Assembly: GCA_002269645.1 (NCBI GenBank)
Contig: NIVC01000997.1
Span: forward strand, 323,013-387,012
Reading direction: 5' to 3'
Length of the DNA: 64,000 bases
From: Macrostomum lignano
Lineage: Eukaryota
Shown: in pieces, positions 55,235 to 64,000 of the stretch
Layout of the letters: every line of letters starts with the position of its first letter
Numbering within the stretch: the stretch's first letter is position 1
Notes under the pieces: generated by a model
What the model saw: the letters and a program-made list of their open reading frames with translations, nothing else
What the model was told of the DNA's origin: nothing
The model's database searches: none
Translations under genes and position numbers: made by a program

Positions 55235-58200
55235 TCACTCGAAGCTATAATTGTCTGGCAGGCTGCCATCGCTGCCGATGCCCGTCATCATTAATTGCTG
55301 ATAGTACGGACCTTTAAGAGGTCTGCCAAGCGAATCAACCAGGATGTAGCGCCCGTTGCTGTACTTGTAGGAGACGCCCTCAGGAAGGGACGAACCGCCA
55401 GCTGCGGTGCCATTGCCAGCTTTTCCACCTTGCTGTTGAAGCTTTCTGTTGAGTAGGGCGCGCTGTTGCTGCTGCTGCATCAGGAGCTGCTGCTGGTGTT
55501 GGCCCTTGATCGGTGGCAGCTTACCGCCGCCGTGCGTAGGTGAGAAGTCTCTCGCACCTGAAGGCGTAGTTAAGGACTACATTTAGTTGGAGTGGTCAAG
55601 CTCAGCTAGCTATTGAAAGGCTAAGACTTACTTAGCACAAAGCATCAAAGAGACTTACAAAGCTAAAGCAAAGTTTACCAAATGCTTAGTTGACTTGGCT
55701 ATCTACTCTTTGGTTTGTGCGTAAGATTTGGTATTCTTAGTGCATCTTAGTGTGTCTGTCCAAGTGTCTGTCTAATTGGTGTCCTGGTGTCTGTCCAAGT
55801 GCCTGTCTAATTGGTATCCTGGTGTCTGTCCAAGTGCCTGTCTAATTGGTATGCTGGTGTCTGTCTAATTGGTGTCCTGGTGTCTGTCTAATTGGTGTCT
55901 TGGTGTCTGTATAAGTGTCTGTCTAATTGGTGTCCTGGTGTCTGTCCAAGTGTCTGTCTAATTGGTGTCCTGGTGTCTGTCCAAGTGCCTGTCTAATTGG
56001 TATGCTGGTGTCTGTCTAATTGGTGTCCTGGTGTCTGTCTAATTGGTGTCTTGGTGTCTGTATAAGTGTCTGTCTAATTGGTGTCCTGGTGTCTGTCCAA
56101 GTGCTTGTCTAATTGGTGTCCTGGTGTCTGTCCAAGTGCCTGTCTAATTGGTGTCCTGGTGTCTGTCCAAGTGTCTGTCTAATTGGTGTCCTGGTGTCTG
56201 TCCAAGTGCCTGTCTAATTGGTGTCCTGGTGTCTGTCCAAGTGCCTGTCTAATTGGTGTCCTGGTGTCTGTCTAATTGGTGTCCTGGTGTCTGTCCAAGT
56301 GCCTGTCTAATTGGTATCCTGGTGTCTGTCCAAGTGCCTGTCTAATTGGTATGCTGGTGTCTGTCTAATTGGTGTCCTGGTGTCTGTCCAAGTGCTTGTC
56401 TAATTGGTGTCCTGGTGTCTGTCCAAGTGTCTGTCTAATTGGTGTCCTGGTGTCTGTCCAAGTGCCTGTCTAATTGGTGTCCTGGTGTCTGTCTAATTGG
56501 TGTCCTGGTGTCTGTCCAAGTGCCTGTCTAATTGGTATCCTGGTGTCTGTCCAAGTGCCTGTCGAATTGGTATGCTGGTGTCTGTCTAATTGGTGTCCTG
56601 GTGTCTGTCTAATTGGTGTCTTGGTGTCTGTATAAGTGTCTGTCTAATTGGTGTCCTGGTGTCTGTCCAAGTGTCTGTCTAATTGGTGTCCTGGTGTCTG
56701 TCCAAGTGCCTGTCTAATTGGTGTCCTGGTGTCTGTCTAATTGGTGTCCTGGTGTCTGTCCAAGTGTCTGTCTAATTGGTGTCCTGGTGTCTGTCCAAGT
56801 GCCTGTCTAATTGGTGTCCTGGTGTCTGTCCAAGTGCCTGTCTAAATGGTGTCCTGGTGTCTGTCCATGTGCCTGTATTGGGATAATTGGGATAATTGGG
56901 ATTCAATTATCCCAATATAGTTGGATATTCAATTTGATCTTTGAGGCATTTGGATAATTGTGTCTATCCCAATGCCTCAAAGATCAAATTGAATATCCAA
57001 CTGAATGATGCAATACCACAGGTAATGAGACATCTCATCTCAGCAGGCCCCTCCTTTGGAGAAGGTTTGTACTTTCAATGGCTACAGAACTTCTAGCTTG
57101 ATAGTCACTTTGATTCGGATAGTAACTTTTGGCTCCATTCCATTTTGCTTAAGTTGACATCCCCATTATCAAAAGTGATTTGCAGAAGCAAGAAATCACC
57201 TCCAACGCCAGCTCCTACGGCGCTCTTGCTGCGACCTTTCATCGGATTGCGCATCCGCAGTTCGGCCAGGTGTTTGCTCAGGTCGCGAACTCGCGGCTTG
57301 CTCAAGCCTCTGTCCGCGTCAGTAGCCGGAGTCGGACTGTCGATTCGACTGGCGTCGGTTTTCCGACCTGCGGCCCCGGCGCCGCCGCCAACACGTTGGC
57401 ATTCGTCTTTGTGCCGGTCGTTCCAGGCGCGCACTTTGCAGGCCTTGCCGCAGAAGTAGACCTCTTTGCAGCGAGTGCACGGAGTCAACCGGACGCCCAC
57501 TGATCGGCCGCAGTCGTAGCAGTACTTGAAGATTGGACGCCTGCGTCGTGGAGGGATTCTCTTGATGGTGACGTGTCTTTCCAGCCAGATACTCATGGTT
57601 AATGTATTCAAGGAGATGAAGATTATGGAAAGTCTAATGGAAAGACAATGGAAAAAATGGAAAGTCTAATATCAGAACCGATGGAAAGAGAAAGACAGTC
57701 TGAAGTCTGACATCAGAACCAATGAAGAGAGAGAGACAGTCTGAAGTCTGACATCAGAGCCAATGAAGAAAGAGAGAGACATTCTGACATCAGAGCCAAT
57801 GAAGAAAGAGAGAGACAGTCTGACATCAGAACCAATGAAGAAAGAGAGACATTCTGACATCAGAACCAATGAAGAGAGAGAGACATTCTGACATCAGAAC
57901 CAATGAAGAGAGAGAGACATTCTGACATCAGAGCCAATGAATAAAGAGAGACAGTCTGACATCAGAGCCAATGAAGAAAGAGAGAGACAGTCTGACATCA
58001 GAACCAATGAAGAAAGAGAGACATTCTGACATCAGAACCAATGAAGAGAGAGAGACATTCTGACATCAGAGCCAATGAATAAAGAGAGACAGTCTGACAT
58101 CAGAGCCAATGAAGAAAGAGAGAGACAGTCTGACATCAGAGCCAATGAAGAAAGAGAGAGACATTCTGACATCAGAGCCAATGAAGAAAGAGAGAGACAG

Positions 58201-61200
58201 TCTGACATCAGCGCCAATGAAGAAAGAGAGACAGTCTGACATCAGAACCGATGAAGAGAGAGAGACAGTCTGAAGTCTGACATCAGAACCGATGAAGAGA
58301 GAGAGACAGTCTGACATCAGAACCAATGAAGAGAGAGAGACAGTCTGACATCAGAACCAATGAAGAGAGAGAGACAGTCTGACATCAGAACCAATGAAGA
58401 GAGAGAGACAGTCTGAAGTCTGACATCAGAACCGATGAAGAGAGAGAGAGACAGTCTGACATCAGAACCGATGAAGAGAGAGAGAGACAGTCTGACATCA
58501 GAACCGATGAAGAGAGAGAGAGACAGTCTGACATCAGAACCGATAGTCTGACATCAGAACCGATGAAGAGAGAGAGAGACAGTCTGACATCAGAACCGAT
58601 GAAGAGAGAGAGAGACAGTCTGACATCAGAACCGATGAAGAGAGAGAGAGACAGTCTGACATCAGAGCCGATGAAGAGAGAGAGACAGTCTGACATCAGA
58701 GCCGATGAAGAGAGAGAGACAGTCTGACATCAGCGTGAAAAACTGGGCTTAAAAATTTCTCAAGAACCTCGATGGTCCATTAAACAAGCCCTCTCAAATA
58801 ATCTTTAATGAACAAGGACAAATATAAGGAGTGCTTCCACACAGCAAAAACTGAGCCAAGAACTAAAATAAGAGTCAAACAGTCAAACCCCATTTTTTAC
58901 ATAAAAAATATTCGCCTAAGCTACAATTTCTGAAACAAACAAAAGCATCATACTACTCTGGCAAGAATTGATGCAGTTATACTGATAGATTATGTCTAGT
59001 CTAGCTACTCAAGAAATAGCGCTCCGCGCTTCTAAAAGAAGACACTGACAATGATGCTTTTAAACTGAAGCTGAAACAGTTTAGATAACAAATTATAAGT
59101 AGAAAATCTAAATTGCACTAACTAATAATACAAACCTTTCTTTTCTGGTTTTAAATCTGAAATTAAATAATAATTTTCGGTTTTTCAGTTATTGTGTTGG
59201 CAAACGTAGCTCCTATGAATCACGCAGTCCGCTGTTACCTGAGCATGCACAGATGCTCACACAAGTGTACAGCGGCCTAGACTTTCTAATCGTCCAGCAT
59301 GTACACTCTCTGTGACTTGGGGTTAGTCTTCAAGGGTGTGAATCGCTTGACAATCCAAACTAGTTTCCGAATGTTTGAATTATCCTACTTATAGTAGCGG
59401 AAGGAGAAGAACTCACCGGACGATGACTTCCTGGCTGACGAAGAAACTCGTCACCGGGAGTCCGCGCGTGCCCGCATTGAAGCGCCCGCACCGGTGTACA
59501 CAAAATTCTCGCTCGGCCCTCGGCCTTGAAAGTTGTCAAAGAGAATATTTGTTTTTTTAGTCCGCTTACTTTAAATTGATCAATTCAAATTGGCGCGCTT
59601 AGAGAATCTATAATATTTAAATTCAATTCAAATTCAAACAAAAATATCTTGGATGAAAGTAAAGTTAAATACTGAGAGAAATACGTGACTATGAAGATGA
59701 AAGACCCTTTTAACAGAAATCAGAATAACCAAAATAGTTTGCTCAACTCATAGCTCAACGAAATAAGATGTAGTACAGTGTATCTACGAAAACCATAGCA
59801 TTTATATGTAAACAAGGAGAAAACATAATTCTGCTTCACCCTTGATTTTCTCGCGATCTAAAAATTGAATAGTACATGCTTGCTGCATATATAGTTTAAT
59901 GAAGGGTTGGATAAAAGTAAGAGGACTTATTCCCAAAAATGAGTTTGCCTTTGCAGGTTTGATGAAAGCTCTACGAGCGTATTAATCTATTAATCGAGAC
60001 TGTCTGTGGTAGTTTCCTAGAATTTCCTAGAACTTTCAAGAATTTTACTATGCCCACAATGCCACAGCGTGCTTCTATAGCCCATGCTGGTGTCCGACCT
60101 AGATAGAAGTCTGGAACTCTGAAATTTCCGAGCAAACAAATAAACAAAACTGACGATTGAACTCACTAACAACGCCGTCAGCTTCTTCTTCTTCAAGCCG
60201 GCGCCGCTCTCGTTCTACCGCCTTCTCGCGAAGTCGATTGCTGAGATGCTTCAGCACGACGTTGCGATCTTGGAAGGCTTGACGTTCAACCGGGTTGAGA
60301 GCATGGTAGGGAGAGAAGGCTACGCGCTTGTCCAGGTAGTAGGACTGCCATCCGTAGTCTACAGCCGTGCCAAGCTGTCGTTTGACACCAATGGCTACTG
60401 GCTGCAGTATGTCCGCGCCGGCGTCCATGAGCTTGTCGATCTGAAGTTGATGGGTGTTTAGAAACTAATGGTTAGATTCTAAAATGGGGCTAAACGGTGG
60501 TTAGTTAGGTATTTCCAGGAGTAGCAGTGAAGGTTTTCAATGTATCCCAAGCGCTCACTAGATCCAGGCGGCCTCTAAGTTGGCGTTTATCCTCGTAGGC
60601 GATGTTGGAGGCTGCGCAGAGGGCACTGCCGACACCGTGAGACAAAGCCAAGTTGACGTTGGCATTGTGGGCTAGCAGCTCGTCTATGGCCTGAAGTTTA
60701 GCAAAAGTTTGGTGAAATTTATTTATCAAAATTAGTGTACCGTGTTGTCATGCACGTGATGGAATAGAGCTTTAAAGTGATTATTGTGAATTCATTTAAA
60801 TTCGAGTAGCACGTGAATCCGAAGTAATATAAATTGTGTTTGAAGACCAAAAACCGGTAAATTGAAAAGAGTGTGTAACTTTAGGTTTTGTCTTGTGTAA
60901 TTAATAATTAAGACCTTGGTAATAACATAGAGTGTCTCGAGATATCCTGATACCCGAACATATTTGCAGCTATTGTTTGATATACGCGGGTGATATAGTA
61001 GACACGAATAATAAATATTGTGCAGTTTAATGGTGTCGTTGGCAATTATCATAAAGTAGCGAGTGATCTTTTAACGAACACTGTCCATCTCGGACGTGTC
61101 CATCTTATCGATGAAATTAGCAATCAGATCTGCTGGATCGGTTCTCGACGAAACATGGTCATCGACCGAGCCATCTTGCAGTCTGGGACTGTAAGTTGCA

Positions 61201-63732
61201 CTTTGCTGAGCTTTTCCCCCTGCTGCCGTGAGCATCAGAGTTTGAGGCTCCAGCATGGCTAAGCGTCGATTAAAGTCCAGAAGCTCCCGAATCGCGCTGA
61301 CGCTGCCATGCTTGGGACGGAGTTGCTACAGATTTATGCATCAGGTCAGTGACTATCGGTTTGTTTATCGGATAAATTCGTTGCATGATTTAATTAGTAA
61401 ATAGACAAGTATAATTAGCTCAACCCGTAGGTCAGTGCAGCTGGGAATCACATGTGGGGATCATTACTAATTCAAAAAACAAGTGTGCTGGAAACGAAGT
61501 GTTCAGTTCAGAGTGAAATAGACTATGAATTTTTAAATTGACAAGGACACGGATGCTCTCTAGGCAGTTTTCATGACGGAGTAATTGTCGTCCTACTCAA
61601 CGTTGTGCGGTGCTAAAACTTTACGCATCTTGTAAGTTTCTTTGATTGCTTTCTTAACAATTTAAGATTTAAATATTCATGATTTACTTTGTTGATCAAT
61701 AGCGCTAAAACCAACAGGAACTCACTGCGTCATTTCCGCTTTGAACAGCCAGCGTCAGAGCATTATTTCCGTTGCAAAGCAGATTGGGATTGGCCTTGTG
61801 TTCCAGCAATAGGCGAACAATTTGGTGGGCTCGCTGAAAATTCAGAGAATTATTTGGTAAGAGTTTGGGCTCGACGCAGATACTTTGTTGATACGCTGAG
61901 GTTATTACAAGTCAATAAAACATGTGATCTGAAGAACGCATTGGGGGCGTTTGTGTTTCTGTTATGCATTGACGTTGAATACTGAATGGTGCACGGCTTG
62001 GATGCAGGTCGGTGATGACAAATGAGTGACATAATATGAAGTAGAGAATAATACGATGACTAGGCCACTTACTTAATTTTGATTTATCAATGAAATCATT
62101 TGAATTTTACCTTAACAATTTTGGTTTCGTTGGTTCCTCGGGCAAGAAAATAGGAACAGTTTTTATTGATTCACGTTTTATGTTTTAGTCAAGTAAAGTT
62201 TTGAGCTGACCAACGCAAATCGAGGCGACGATCCATCCGCAGCCGAGGAGGCAAGCAGATAATCCCGATCCATGCATACCCTCAGTGAGCTAACCCTTCC
62301 CCTGTAACAATCTTCAATAGCAATTATGATAAAAATTTACCAATCCGAGGCCCCAGTCTCACCCGGTGCTCATCCTCTCTCGAAGCGGCAATCTGCAGCG
62401 GAGTCCTACCGCCAAGAAGCATTTTCTGCTCGTCCGTGATCTCGTCGCGCGACCAATCCTCTTCCATAGTTCGATCGAGAAAGGAATCGTCCGGCACAGC
62501 TCGGGCGTCAGGATACGCCAGGCTGTGCAGCAGCAGCTCCGTGATGGTGACGCTCGGCTCGCCCGGCAGCGCGACGGCGATGTGCAGCGCCGTTAGGCCG
62601 CCGCGCGACGCTTCCAGACGAGCACGGACGTCGGCTCCGCGAAGCAGCAATTGGCGAGTCATGTCAACGTCGCCGGACTTCACCGCGAAGAACAGGGCGG
62701 GAAAGGGGACGGCAGATGCGTTCGGGTCGGCGCCGCGTTCAAGGAGCAGGTGGACGGTGTCTGACATCAGCTTGTGCCTGCAGTGTTTAAGTGGTTTCCA
62801 ATCATATGCATACACATTTCGAAGCTCTTTGACCGCCGTCAACTAAGTCGATCATCAAATCACCGACTGATGCAAAAGGTGACAAAATTGAATTGTCCAT
62901 ATTTGACCATTTTTAAAATAATCATTGAGACGCCTATTAGGTCTTCACAAGGAGCAGGTTACATTTGTTAATGGTCACAATTTTCTATTACTACCCGTTC
63001 TATATGTAGATGGAATTTCTGCTGCAATTTCATATCTCATAAAAAGGCACGACATGCTACTGTTAATAAACTTACTTAGCCATATGAACAGCCATCTCTC
63101 TTGTCCTGCCCTCCTGTCCGCCGGATTCCAAATTTTCATCTCCCCCGCCAGGCGGCTGCGGTGCCGTGCGGGTCACCATGGATGACGCGACGCGACTGGC
63201 CACCAGCTGATTGCTGCTCAGCGCCGTGGCGGCCGCGCCTGACCAGCTCCTCGGGCACGGTGATTTTGTAATTAGCCAGCGAATCGGTGCTTTCAAAATC
63301 TTCCGACGGTCTGGGCGAAGCTGAACCAACGCTGACGGCGCTGGCCAACTCAACGGCATCGTCCTGCTTCGGTTGGCCACCGCGGGCGCCAGAATTTGAA
63401 TCTCCATCGTCATCGTCGTCGTCGTCGCTGACCGACCAGCTGCGCTGGAACCGGCCGGGCCGGGTCGCGGCTGCTGCCACAAAGTCCGGTCGTCGTGCCC
63501 CGGTTAGCGTCCCGGCAAATCGGCCACCGCGGCCAACAACGGGGTCGGTTAGTCGGTCGGATGAGGCTCCCGGTCGTCCGGCGGCTTCGCCAGGTTTTCC
63601 TTCAGCAACTGGCGGCAGAGCGCCCGGCTTGCGATGAGCTGCGGCAGTCGAGGCGGCAGCGGCGGCAGCGGCGGCGGCTTTAGCCGCTGCCTTCCTAGCG
63701 GCTTTCTGCTCTTCTTCAGTGAGGCGCTTCAC
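55235..63732 (-). CDS. ANKMY1: Ankyrin repeat and MYND domain-containing protein 1, 3' part (5' exons off the window)
   Basis: Exons about 63732-63076, 62777-62363, 60690-60559, 60440-about 60165, 57576-57200, 55557-55235. Motifs [71 protein letters not shown], and MYND finger [37 protein letters not shown]. One 1-nt frameshift near 63234. The phase of the 60165/57576 join is unresolved. Confidence 0.85.
55752..56875. repeat. 35/23-bp minisatellite (GTGTCTGTCCAAGTGCCTGTCTAATTGGTGTCCTG) in an ANKMY1 intron
   Basis: Tandem array. Confidence 0.95.
56919..57002. repeat. Perfect 32-bp inverted repeat with 20-nt spacer (84-nt hairpin)
   Basis: AGTTGGATATTCAATTTGATCTTTGAGGCATT pairs with AATGCCTCAAAGATCAAATTGAATATCCAACT. 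Confidence 0.9.
57690..58733. repeat. About 34-bp minisatellite (GACAGTCTGACATCAGAACCAATGAAGAGAGAGA) in an ANKMY1 intron
   Basis: Tandem array. Confidence 0.95.
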
Positions 63733-64000
63733 CTAAACGAATTGTTTTGGGAAACAGAAATATTGTCATTTTTTCAACGTAGCAACATATATAGGGATGA
63801 ATTTCTATAAACAGCATATTCTTGTACGCGATAGACGTGCCCCCGGACATGAATTGAGCTTGAAAATCGTAGTTTTCGCTAAAAAGTCCGAGTAAATTAG
63901 CTAGATAAGACGTTTTCCGTTTTTAAGCAAGATATTGCCAACATCTCCGCCTCCAATCTTCCGACTTGGAAATCTCCGGAAAAACAAACTGGTCTTTTTT

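Overview
Eukaryotic (animal) genomic DNA with GT-AG introns. GC-rich, polyQ/polyA-rich exons and minisatellite-filled introns suggest a free-living flatworm such as Macrostomum; that is an inference only. Left to right: (1) first coding exon of an unknown low-complexity protein (-); (2) a Ty3/gypsy relic; (3) a damaged piwi gene (4463-10934, +) with DEDH catalytic residues, two frameshifts, a premature TAA, a tandemly duplicated Glu-finger and most of the MID domain missing; (4) a 14-40.6 kb birth-and-death cluster of 11 small single-WSC-domain loci (7 intact with signal peptides, 4 disrupted), mixed with SINEs, MITEs, a gypsy LTR and a captured DIRS/Ngaro fragment; (5) a 10-exon, ~1667-aa type I membrane protein with nine non-canonical C-type-lectin-like domains, encoded by symmetric phase-2 exons that each straddle two domains; (6) the 3' part of ANKMY1 (-). 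The best candidate for an undescribed system is the WSC mini-lectin cluster together with the adjacent modular CTLD receptor, a possible glycan-recognition or innate-immune locus. No database searches were run. Family calls rest on recognised motifs, and exon coordinates were counted by hand.
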